A stretch of 64,000 bases of DNA from Epiperipatus broadwayi (lineage: Eukaryota > Animalia > Onychophora). The DNA lies in the NCBI GenBank assembly GCA_028023455.1, contig JAQFVV010000006.1, positions 7,068,001 through 7,132,000 of the forward strand. Direction: 5' to 3'. Below the pieces are notes generated by a model. The model had not been told where the DNA came from. It ran no database searches and saw only the letters and a program-made list of their open reading frames with translations. Below are positions 10,669 through 22,700 of this stretch, one piece after another (position 1 is the first letter of the stretch; each line of letters begins with the position of its first letter). A program made the position numbers and the translations under genes.

Positions 10669-13560
10669 TCAACCATTATCAATCCACTGCAGGATGAAGG
10701 TCTCTCCAAGTTTAATCCATCGTCTCCGATCTTTAGCTTCTCTTCTCCACATCACCCCTACACATTTTCTTATTTCATCCATCCATCTTACATGTGGTCT
10801 CCTTCTGGGTCTTTTACAATCTCTTGGAATCCAGTTTAAAATTTCAATTGTCCATCTATTATCATCTCTTCTAGCAATATGTCCAGCCCAACTCCATTTC
10901 AATCTTTTAATTTTTTCAATGAGGTCAGTAACACCTGTTTGTTCTCTTACCCATACATTGCGTTTTCGATCTCTTCTTGTTACTCCCAACATACATCTCT
11001 CCATACTTCTTTGAGTGGTCTGAAGTCTCTGTATTGATCTTCTATTAAGTGTCCAAGTCTCAGATCCATAAGTAAGAACTGGTAAAACACATTTGTTAAA
11101 AACCTTTCTTTTCAAACACATAGGCATATTTCCTTTTAATATCAAGTTATTTCTACCAAAAGCACTCCAACCAAGTTTAATTCTATGATTAATTTCCTCT
11201 ATTATGTTTCCATCTGTATTAATAATCTGACCAAGGTATTTGTAACTCTTAACTTCTTCTAATTCATCATAATCAATCTTTATTTTCATATTTTGAGCAA
11301 ATCGATTAAACATTACTTTAGTCTTTTTAACATTTATCTTTAGTCCTACTTTCATCTGATAACTCCTGCAACATTTCCTGCAGCTCAGAAGCATTATTTG
11401 CAAAAACAACTACATCATCTGCGAAATCTAAATGACTTAAATAATCTCCATTTACTTTCACTCCTTTAGTTTCCCATTTTAATCCACAAAATACTTCTTG
11501 CAGCACTGCTGTAAAAAGTTTTGGAGATATGGAGTCACCTTGTCTTACACCTTTCTCAATGTTGACTTTCCCAGTATCATTATGTAATCTAATTGTTGCT
11601 GTTGCATTTTTATAAATATTCTTTAAAATATGACAATATCCTGGATCTATACCTTGATGATCCAATGCTTTAATCACTGAAGAAATGTTTATAGAATCAA
11701 ATGCCTTTTCATAATCTACAAATCCAAAACATAATGACAACTCATATTCATTTGTCCTTTCTATAACTTCTCTCAATACTTGAATATGATCTACTGTACT
11801 AAAACCACTTTTAAATCCAGCTTGTTCTCTTGGTTGGTGAAAATCCAAGGTTCTCTGTAGACGAGTTGTAATTATCTTGGTAAAAATTTTATATAAAACT
11901 GATAAAAGGCTGATAGGTCTGTAATTTCTAATATCTTCTTTATCACCTTTTTTAAATATTAATATTATTACTGCATTCTTCCAATCATCCGGTACATCTT
12001 TATCATTTAGACATTTGGTATATAACTTTGCTAATATTTTTTCTGTTTCTTCACCTGCTTCTTTTAATATATCAATTATAATTCCATCATTACCTGGAGC
12101 CTTTCCTTTTTTCATACATTTAATTGCATTTCTCACTTCTTCATTTAAAATTCTGGGCAATTCGGAAGATGTAATAGATATAGGAGGTACTTGTTCTTTA
12201 TTACTATATAATTCTTGATAAAAATCTTCTACCAATTTCATAATGTCATCCCTCTTTTAGTAATAATTCCATCTTTTTCCTTATTGCAGATATAAATTTC
12301 CTACCAATACCAAAATGTTGTTTTACATTCTTAAGACTTTTATTTTCTTCTACAGCTTTTCTTGCTAGTTCACAGTTATACTTTCTTATATCATTTTCAA
12401 CTCTTTTCCGCACCATTTTACAAAATTCGAGATATTCAATTCTTTTTAATGCATCATTCTTGCATATCTTCATATTCCTTCTTTTCTTCATAAGTTCTCT
12501 AGTCTCAGTAGAAATTTTATTAGTCAATTGCTGCTTTTTTCTACCAGCTATCTTTGTTGCAGTTTTTAAAAGTGTATCAGTTATTTTCATATTAATTTCA
12601 TTCAAATCTGAATCATGTTCAAAATCTACTAATACTTGAAACCGATTTGTAAGTTCTAATTTAAATTCATTAGAATGTTTCTGAAGATTAGGAATATCAA
12701 CTGTAAATATTGTTTTTCTTAATAATTTTTGTCTCTCTAGTTTTACATTAACATGTATCTTACCCCTTACTAATCGATGATCACTTCCTGTATTAAATTT
12801 ATTAAGAACATTACAATCTTGAAATATGTATTTCCTGTTAGTCAAAATATAATCCAATTCTGCTGTACCTTCATTTGGATGCTTCCATGTCCATTTCCTT
12901 CTAACATTTTTCTCAAAAAAAGAATTCATAATATAAAGTTTTTCCTTCTCTGCAAACTCCACAAGTCTATGTCCTCTCTCATTTCTATTACCATAACCAA
13001 AATTACCTACAACACTTTCATCTTTCATTTGTTTACCAATTCTAGCATTAAAGTCTCCCATAACAATTTTAAAATGTTGTTTACTCTGATCAAAAGCCTT
13101 TTGTACATCCATATAAAAATCTTCTACTACTTCATCACTGTGAGAACTTGTTGGGGCATAAACCTGAATTATCTGCATTTGATATCTGCTATTAAGTTGT
13201 ATAACTAATCTTGCCACTCTGTCTGATACACCATCAATCTCCACAATATTGTTCTTCCACTTTTTATTTATAATGAATCCTACTCCACTTGTATTTCCAA
13301 TATTTGTGCCTTTATAATAGAGCATATGTCCACTTTTTAAATCAATTGTCTCTTCACCTTTTCTTCTAACTTCACAAAGTCCAATAATATCCCATTTAAA
13401 GATTGGAAGTACCTAAATAAAAAGTCGTCATCAAATGGCAGCCTGGGTCCGCCTCCAGGATATTCTTAGCACCCTCCGCCTTTGGCCACCAACCGCTGCC
13501 TTGGTTGGTGACTTTACAGCCTCCTGGGATTAAGGGCCATGCTTTATTTTTGTCTGTCAT
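10669..13560 (-). pseudogene. RTE single ORF (AP endonuclease + reverse transcriptase + C-terminal domain), broken by a deletion and frameshifts
   Basis: N-terminal leader GWWPKAEGAKN...FYLGTSN; APE motifs VYAPT, GDFN, LDYIL and SDH; RT motifs [24 protein letters not shown] and FADD; C-terminal LTYGSETW and KWSWAGHIAR. Covers ORF-track entries 13396-13590, 12246-13325, 11327-12241 and 10669-11409. Confidence 0.93.
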
Positions 13561-13715
13561 AATTGTATAATTGGGAAAAATCTTTATCATTTACACAAAC
13601 ATTCATTCTGCCTTATCAGGCACTGAGAAGAAAGACCATGGTGTTTCTTGATCTTAAACTCAGAGGTAAAAAGCCAATAAACTCACCACGCTGGCTAATG
13701 CGTGTTGGTGAGCAG

Positions 13716-13882
13716 CCCATTCATGTTCGTATACTATAAGAATAAACATATAGTAATAACAGCTGCAACGACAAGAACGTATGGAGTGGACATTAGGAAT
13801 TTGCCCTGCTCGGTTCCTTTAAGGCCTCCAAGAGGAATCAAAGGGTCTCCTTTCAGTTAATAGCAAACTCCTTTCTGCAGCC
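13716..13882 (-). ncRNA. HDV-like (CPEB3-type) self-cleaving ribozyme at the RTE 5' end
   Basis: P1 GGCUGCA (13882-13876) pairs with UGCAGCU (13767-13761) with a G1.U wobble. P3 is ACG/CGU around L3 UUCUUGU. P4 is UACUAUA/UAUAGUA. J4/2 is CGAA (catalytic C at 13729). P2 is UCCACUCCAU/AUGAAUGGG with one mismatch and one bulge. J1/2 is closed by the 10-bp helix AGGAGUUUGC/GCAAAUUCCU. Confidence 0.85.
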
Positions 13883-13921
13883 ATATATATATATATATAT
13901 ATGGTAGATGATGATCTAGAC

Positions 13922-14335
13922 CAGGGGTGTCCAACAAGTCGATCGTGATCCACTGATCGATTGTAAAGCCATTTTTGGTTGATCATGAGATCAATCTGGC
14001 AAGAGTTGTCAGGTAATGAATGAAACAAATTAAGTCAAGATTTTCAAAATTTTTTTTTGTTATTTTTGTTTTGTTCTTTCTTTTTTTCAATTCTAGATAG
14101 CTGAAGTCCACTAAGCCATATCATTATTGAAAATAATTACTCATGTTGCTTTAATTCCCTCTGCCATGAGTTTTTTGGCTGTTAAATAATTTCTATTTTT
14201 TACTAAGTAGATATATAAAAATAGTATGTATTTCACACCCCCTCCACTTAGACTATGTCAATGACAACAAGTCGATCGCAACACATTTTAAAAATAAAAA
14301 GTCGATCTTATGAACACAAAAGTTGGCCACTCCTG
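13922..14335. mobile_element. hAT (Charlie-like) MITE
   Basis: TIRs CAGGGGTGTCCAAC / CAGGAGTGGCCAAC (12 of 14 match). The 8-bp TSD ATCTAGAC is at 13914-13921 and 14336-14343, matching the NTCTAGAN target typical of this group. Confidence 0.9.
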
Positions 14336-14390
14336 ATCTAGACCAACTGATGAGTGCTGGCGCAGCATGAAATACATATATTGAAGATCA
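14334..14390 (+). ncRNA. Extended type I hammerhead ribozyme, family A (best preserved copy)
   Basis: UGAUCU-AGAC-CAA-CUGAUGA-GUGCUG-GCG-CAGCAU-GAAA-UACAUA-UA-UUG-A-AGAUCA. Core intact, 6-bp stem II, bulged stem I, predicted cleavage after A14380. Confidence 0.8.
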
Positions 14391-16764
14391 TTTTTTTGCA
14401 TATGTGTGGTCATGTGCATTGGTTGTATGAGATAGTGGATAGCTTAAGGAAACAGGAAAGTCTGGGTTCAAATCATCTATATTATATCTAAACTCTCAAG
14501 CATATAAATTATACTTGTATTCAAATATTAAAAAATACACCTTTATCCGCTTAGCACCTGACCTTTATAAGAGATTCATAACAGTGATCAGTATCAATTT
14601 GTAACCACTATTTTGATTTACAATCAATTATTCACCATAACAGTCATAAAAAAAAGCCAGCCATTTTGTATCACTAATGATGTCATAGAATAGTTGTCAT
14701 TTCATCCAAAAGCAAAGTAATGACTTTCATGCAGAAATTGTATGGCACATATTTTATGCATAAAATGCAATGTTATAATGCTGCATTCAATATTTTGATT
14801 ATAAGTTTAAAATATGATTAATGACAGTACAGTATTTCATTTAATTTTCATCTAGTGTTTTTACGAGACAATTAGTACTTCATTAATAACATATCCAAAG
14901 TAAAGATTTTTATTGTTAATGACTACAAATGCAAAAAAATAAAATAAAAAAGTTAATTTAGTACATGAATGTAAATCACCATATTATAAAAATAGCACAT
15001 TTATTCAGCATAAAATTAAAAATGTACAGTATATATATATATTACCTCAAATATTCAGTCAATTAATTTTGAGTTAAAATTTTTCTGTCAAATCAAAACT
15101 GCTACCATCACTAATCTAAAATATATTCAGTAAAAAGGGAGGAGCAAAGAAGATAAAACAGTTTCAGATTTATATAATTAATATAAAAAATTACCAAATG
15201 TAAATTAAAAATAACTTACTCTGTTCCTTTGATTTTAAATCATCTCATAATTCTTTTCAGATATCCAAAGCAATGGAGACATTATCTCATGAGTAAAAAA
15301 AAATCAGAATCAAGAAAAAAATATAAATTTTATTCAGCATAAAACTAAAAATAATTTTTGGTCATGTGTACTGTTAATATTAAATTGTGTATAAATTATT
15401 AGCTAAGATTTCATGCAATTAATTTTAAATTAAAATCTTTATGAATGCTAATTTCTCAAATCGAAACTGCTATCCATCATATTTGAATTGGATTTTTGGA
15501 AAAAAAATGTGAAGATGATTTTACACAATTAATAATAAATTGTGTATGGTGAAAATGCAATACAAATAAAGTGAAAAGATTAATGCCTTTAGTTTTTACT
15601 TAAATAGCTGGGAACTCTGCCATCAAAATGTATTGTGCTATTCGACAAATTGCTAAGTCACTATAAAAACATGGCTACGGCACTTGATAAAATAGTGACA
15701 TCATGCCCCCAAAAAACTCTCTACAACTATTGTATATGCTGTAACAAAAACCTTAAATATTAATTACAATATGCAAACTCAGAATGCATTAGATTTTTTT
15801 TTCATTTTTCAATAAGCTGAATTTTTTTTTTTAAGTTGGCTGCGATTAAGTTTTTGTACTGTATCATATGTTCATTCAGCTCTTCTTATACTAATGATAA
15901 ATAACAAGTCTTTATGGTCAATCAAGTGACGTGTTATTAAACATTGTTTGTTTTAATTTTAATAATTTCACGCAATATAATTTAATACTGTAGTACAAAT
16001 AAAATTAAACTTCAATGTGGATTTTTTCCCAGTGTTACGAAAAACAGTTGTGTGGAAGAATACAAAAAAAAATATTAGATGCTGGTTTAGTTTCACTATC
16101 TCGGTTTATTCTGCTGTCCTTTTTAGACATTGATAACACACATTTTTTTTTCTAGCAATATTAAACATTTTTTTAAAAAGATTCTGTTTAAAGTCATGTT
16201 TAGAAACTAACATGACCACAAAAAAATTTTTGAGCTTGGAAACCAAACTAGATGATTGATAGTGAATGGATCATAGGAAATAACTGTTGTTTTTTTTAAT
16301 TTTTACATAAATTAAGTTGTGTTATCATGCATACATAAATACATATGTTAAGTGGATACCTGTGTAATACACACAGCACAGTTTACACAAGCATATAACA
16401 TAAATTAAGGGATTTTAAATTTATATATATACTCAATAAGCTATTTTTTTAATGTAATATTCCCAACTTCTAGTGTAATTTTTTAGCTGAAGTAGCCAGC
16501 AATTTCTTCCCCCATAGACAGCCATTATAAATACTTATTCTGCATATGTCCTTGCATAATGATGAATTTGGGGGACCAATTACCTTCACTAAGCGGAGTA
16601 AAGGTATATATATATATATAATAATAATACCATAAGCTTCAGTTGTGAATATGTATCTGTATATCTGAATAATTATTTTTAATTAATATATAAAATTTTT
16701 ATTAAATTAATATTTCTAAGTAGTATTTTTATTTAAAGTATTTATTTATCACCATCTTCATTCG

Positions 16765-17145
16765 CAATCATCAGTCCATTGCAGGATGGTCTTTCCAAGT
16801 TCAGTCTATCTCATCTGATCTCTAGCCTCTCTTCTCCACATTACATCCTCCCTCACACACCCCTTATTTCATCCATCCATCTCACATGTGGTCTCTTTCT
16901 AGGTCGTTTACAATCACTTGGAATTTGGTTTACGATGTCAATTATCCATCTATTATTATTTCATCTAGCAATATGTCCATCCCAATTCCACTTCAGTCTT
17001 TTACTTATTTCAATGACATCAGTAACATCTGTTTACACCCATGTATTTCATTTTTGATCTCTTCTTGTTACTCCTAATAATATCTCTCTCTACTTCTTTG
17101 AATGGTCTGAAGTCTGTATTCTTCTATTAAGTGTCCATATCTCAG
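16765..17145 (-). mobile_element. 5'-truncated, decayed RTE 3' fragment
   Basis: Colinear with about 10670-11075 of the full element. Confidence 0.85.
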
Positions 17146-19574
17146 ATCAATCAGCAGGAACTAAAGGAATTATTAATGTGTTTTATGTATTTTAGTGAAA
17201 AATAATTTATTCTGTGTTTATATAAATATTGTGCACATTTAAAATAATTGAGGGGTTTAGTAACTAGAGAGGTCATGTGATGCTTCAACAATTGAAATGA
17301 GAATGCTGAGCTTTGATCCAATCTTTGAATATAAATATACAATTTTATAATTGACACTAATTGCGATAGTATTGTTTTCTGTTTAAAAACTGTTTTTGTT
17401 TTTTTATTAACAAATTTTTATCATATACACATTCAGAAATTAAAAAAATATATTATTTTTAAAAGCATGCTTTAAAATTCAATCCCTATGATTTACATAA
17501 CATTTCTCTTTGTTTTGCTTAATTAGATCGCCTTGGCTTAGAGTACATCTGAAACAATCCACTGTACAAGTCAAGTAATAACCAATGTAAACGTCACTTG
17601 TACTTAATTCATACTAAGAATTCCTAGAAACTATCGCTCCTAAATTTATGTTAAATATTAGTAATCGATAGATAGCCAGGTGTTTCGATTATTATATCAA
17701 CAATTTAAAACAGTCATTTGACCTTGAATTAGTAATCAAATTATAATAAAATACTTTAAAGTTTGTGAGAATACATGAACAAATCTTACTGTAAAGTATA
17801 TTTGAATCTCGAGATTAAAAAAATGCTTCTAAATTTTATCGGTATTATCTTTAGAATCAAATATTGAATTTAAAGATGCATTAAAACTAAATTTTGCAAG
17901 TATGTTTGGATATTTAATGCAGTGTATATCATTCAAGCTTATCTGTATTCTTTTGATATTTTCCATATTATGAATTTCATTTATGCTTGCCATTTTTAGT
18001 TGACGTGATTCTCGTAATAAATGTTCCATATTTGACAATGAACATTTGATTTAGTTATGGAGATGTACAACTTCTACCAGATTAGTACATTGAACCTGAA
18101 TTCGATGATGCATATTATTTAAGTTATTTGTTATATGTTAGGTAAGAGTTTATTATGTTACTACCCGTTTTGATTAGTATTTTAAATCTGAATAATTACT
18201 TCTTGGCAGCACCTGAGATAGTGTATTTTCTGTGCTCTGTAAATATTTGCGATATGATATATTTGAACTACTTGGAATGCACTTTTAAATTTTGAATTTA
18301 TTGTTTTGCTCATAACTTTGATGACAAAAGAATTCTGTGAAATCTAGAATATTGTTTAATAATTTGCTTATATGATGGTGACATTTTGTATATTTGAAAT
18401 ACAAATTTGAGTAAATGTCACATATCTTTTCCCTATTCTATTATTCTTATATATATATTTAACCACACGTGTGTTCGACTCATACATGCAAGAATAAATG
18501 TACATTTTTTCATAGTCAGATGTAATTGAAAGCCATTGAGTATTGCTTAGTACTTGAATGTGAAATGCATGAGAGAAATATTTTATGATCTATATTAATT
18601 AGTATGGTAGATGATAGGCTTATTTTTTATAACTTTATAAAAGAGACAGGAATTCGGTCTCCTACACCAACAATTATATTCTCGCAAGAAGAACACACGA
18701 AATGGAATTACTTTAAAAATGGTCGAGTATAATTTTGTATATTTTATTTTCATAATCCTTTCCATCAAAATTGATATGCGATTTCATCATTACTATTTCT
18801 TTTTGGGAAATGAATAATTTTGAATTTTTGTAAGTAGTAAGTAGTAGTATGTATTGGAATATTTACTTCGATTCATTAAATACTCGCATGGTCTTTATTT
18901 GATATTACTGCTATAGCAGCTTCAATTGCTTAGATAACACGTACGATGGCATATGGCTGGGATTCAAACTTGGTTTCAGTATCTATTTATAATTGATTCT
19001 TAGACTTGTTCTCATATTACACAATCTTCTTAGACAGATAGGATTAATAAAGTTGTTAGATTAATGGTACCTTTGCATTTTATAGTGTGTTTTCATTACT
19101 TCTGAAAGGATTCCCCTTAATATTTAAATGCCTTCAGATTTATTTTGCCAATTAAAAAACAACAACTTTGTGAGCCAAATTTAATACTGCATAAATAATT
19201 TCTGCATAGAAAGATTAGTGAGATAATAAAATTCCTAATCTCAACTGAAAGTATAACCATACCTTGTATATGTTTGACATATATATGATTCTCTATCCCA
19301 TATTTCATCATTATGCACACACACAGCAAGATACCAGCACAGTAAAGATATATAGGCAATAGCGCACACATTAATGGGGGATTAGCATCCAGCATTAGAT
19401 GAATATCGTTGTGAAATGAGGTTTTTACTCAGACAGGAATAAAAATAGTATCTGATTACTATTTTTAAGAGTATAATAGCACTAGATTTATAAAAGTAAT
19501 GAAAAGATGAAACAAATATATTGTTTACTTTTAATAGATATTACTTGTAGTGGTAAATGAATGTAAATTTAAAG

Positions 19575-19962
19575 CAGTGGTTCCCAATCTTTTTTTTTTT
19601 TTTTGTAATGTTCCACCTAAGTATCTCTAAAATCCTGATGCCTTATAATTTCTATTATTCAAAATTGAACTCTTATTCACACGGAAAAGCCTAAAAGGCC
19701 GTTAACGAAAGGACAGTTGAAGTACGGTGGAGTTTTAGCCACTTAATTTGCTCCAAGTGATAATGGAGGGATAAGGAGTAAAAGTTATCTAAACTGCAGA
19801 AAAAGAGAAATTTAAAAAATATTCTTAGCTTATGAATAATGAGATAAGAGAACAATATTAATAACTTAAAAACGTCCAGTTAATAATCCATTCTCGAATT
19901 TCCCCACTTAAAAACCAAATTACTCCCTCTGTGGGGTGTGTGCCTTATGTTGGGAACCATTG
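19575..19962. mobile_element. hAT (Charlie-like) MITE, older
   Basis: TIRs CAGTGGTTCCCAA / CAATGGTTCCCAA, with an imperfect 8-bp TSD ATTTAAAG / GTTTAAAA. Confidence 0.7.
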
Positions 19963-20890
19963 GTTTAAAATAAACATCCAGATATCAACATGTATCAAAG
20001 ATGCGTAATTTATAAATGGACTAGTATATAAATCGTCATTAAGCAAATAGCTGTGACAAGATGCAACTGTGTATTTATGATAGCATTTATATGAAAACAA
20101 AAATTACGAAATTTAAATAATTAATAATAATTGTAAATTTGCTAATAATAAAGTTCGTTATATAATCAAATGCAACTGAAGCCGACGTACAATTTTAAAT
20201 AACAGAAAATCATTTGTTCTTTGATAAAAAATACATATTTATTCTTTTAATGATTTACAGTAAAATGAATTTATATTGCATTAGATTACAGACACAATAA
20301 TTTGACCACAACCATATCATTTAGTTTAATAAATAATTTACAGTCACATTTATTTCAGCTGTTATAAAAAATAAAGATACCTGATTTGAACTTCCATTAG
20401 AATGTTTATACATTTTTTTAAAATTAACAAGAGATAATTTGCGAATTATAACTATGTTATAAATAATTAAGTTTATACAAACAAGCTGAAATAATGATAT
20501 GCATTAGTAATTTTCCGTTTCTTAATTTAATAAGAACTTTGTAATAGAGTGATTTAGAGTCACCCAAGACATATACTTCAGAAATATAAATCACTCTTAC
20601 AATATTAATTTTTTTTTTTTTATAACTACCTTGTTACATAAGCAATACATCGATATCACCATCATGGCCAATTTTTATTAGAGTTTAAAATTAATTAAAT
20701 TTATAGACGAAAGTTATTCAAATTAATTAGCTTTCAATTAATTTTAATTCTTTCAAACAGTGATTTCTCAATCCATTATTTATGTATATACTATTTTTCA
20801 CTCACATCATTTGCTTTTCTAATACTAAAATTAGGACCATACAAATAAAAATATACTTTTACAGATCCAGTATTTGAATCACAGTCATTT

Positions 20891-21052
20891 TCCAAATCTA
20901 TCGTTGCCAGACCCTAATCTCAATGTGACATTTTCCAGCATGGATCCAAATCTATCGTTGCCAGACCCTAATCTCAATGTGACATTTTCCAGCATGGATC
21001 CAAATCTATCGTTGCCAGACCCTAATCTCAATGTGACATTTTCCAGCATGGA
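20891..21052. repeat. Perfect 54-bp tandem repeat x3
   Basis: TCCAAATCTATCGTTGCCAGACCCTAATCTCAATGTGACATTTTCCAGCATGGA starting at 20891, 20945 and 20999. Confidence 0.95.
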
Positions 21053-22559
21053 TATATTTTTGATTAAATTTGAAATAACGTATAAATAGTATTACCATTA
21101 CATATATATTACACAATATTATAATTAGTTTGCTTAAAATCAAATAATGTTTTGGTAATTAAATTTTAATATTTAAATACAATTATATTCTAATAAAATA
21201 AAATATAATCATACAAGTATATCGTAAAAAAACATTTTTGCAATCTCATCTTATATTTCTTTTCTGGCAAGAAATTTTATTTACAAATATAAAAAGAATC
21301 TCATTATTAAAACATAGTTATGTTTATCCAGAATCAAAACAAAAATGACCCCACCTACATTCTTTCTTCCAGACAGTGTTTTTAATTAGATGCATATGTT
21401 AATAAGACTTTAAACAAAATAAAATCAGTGTTAAAAATACTGTATTTGTATGTAATAACTATAATTAGTATTAATTCTATTTTTTTAAATGTATATAATT
21501 ACTGTGATGTTAATATATAGGTATGGGATGTTTTAAATTATAAAATCAGAATTGTATGTATCAGCGAATGATCATTATATTGTTCTTACCTATAATTTTT
21601 AATGTTTTCAATTGTGTTGATTTTTTTTTCTATTCATGATTTATTTTTTCCATCACTTGAAAAATTATGGAATGAGGTTACTGCAGTTTAAATGAAACTT
21701 TATGCTTTAAAATGTCAAAGAACTTGGGTTTAAATTTCTCAGCGTAATCATTTCTATTTCTAATTTTGATAATAATTGCTAGGTGAGTTTAGAATGTAGC
21801 AACAAAATGATTTTAAAAAGGCCATGCTTTTATAATTACTCTTAATGAATATCCCAGACTTCTTAATTTTGCTGCATTTATGTTATTAGAATTTAACAAT
21901 TATAACTTGTATAACTATATCCATGTCTTGAACCAGAATTAATTCAGAAAACTAAGTTTAGAAAAATCACACATGTGTAATCTCACAATCAATAGCTTAG
22001 GGTTGAAGCTATGCATATTGAAAAATTAAATTTTAATTTATAAACTTTAATGTAATATAAATATAATAGTTTAAATTTTTGGATCGTTGGCACAGTAGTT
22101 ATCATTACTTTACTACACTGAACACTAGTGACCTCTATACTCACAATTCTGTGAGCAGCAATTTAGATAATGGCCAATGAATGGATGTAATGTAATCCAG
22201 TTAACACAACCAAGCCACAAGAGTCTGCATCATGTCCATTGACAAAGTCAATCCTTACATAATTGATTCCAATAGAAGCTAATTTCTTACTATAAAAATG
22301 GGATGAAAAGAGATATTTTGGAAGCACAAAAAGATTAATTTTATGCTGGATCATATAGGAATGAATTTATAAAATTTGGAAGCAGATAATAAAGTTGAGA
22401 ATGGTAGAATTTAATTAGTTAAATTTAAATACAACTAATTAACTATTGCCCTAAACTAAGTCTGACTTAAAAAATTTTGTTTCAATTCCATTTTGTATAA
22501 ATTAATAATATATAAATTACTTTCAAAAATCCTTCTTGATTATTAAATAATGAATAACT

Positions 22560-22700
22560 ATATTTATCCAGCTTCATCACTGCCACCTAGTGTAAGTCTG
22601 AATAATCAGTGGATGCTAGTGCTTATTAAATTTATATCCAACAATCATCTCCATATCCACAAACTAATTTCTAGCTTATGGATTTCAGGAGCATTAGATT
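22560..22700 (-). repeat. Family B hammerhead repeat, strongly decayed copy
   Basis: Similar to 35115-35255. The remnant CCATAAGCTA-GAAA-TTAGT-T-TGTGGATA is visible on the minus strand, and the core is partly deleted. Confidence 0.5.

Larger units (their letters stand above)
10647..13882 (-). mobile_element. RTE-clade LINE, full-length ends, frameshifted
   Basis: APE and RT coding remnants, a (GAT/TGA)n 3' tail at 10647-10666, and a 5' end abutting host (TA)n at 13882. Confidence 0.93.
13883..14545 (+). mobile_element. Family A hammerhead repeat: end of first unit and start of second unit (interrupted by hAT MITE)
   Basis: GGTAGATGATGATCTAGAC, then the MITE, then CAACTGATGAG. The downstream sequence to about 14545 matches 10240-10400. 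Confidence 0.8.

Noticed and set aside
10598-11014. Plus-strand ORF with a poly-His run (also 12015-12218, 12777-13208, 16779-17057, 56736-56969, 56824-57144)
   Set aside because: These are antisense shadows of RTE coding sequence. The His/Ser runs come from the (CAT)n tail.
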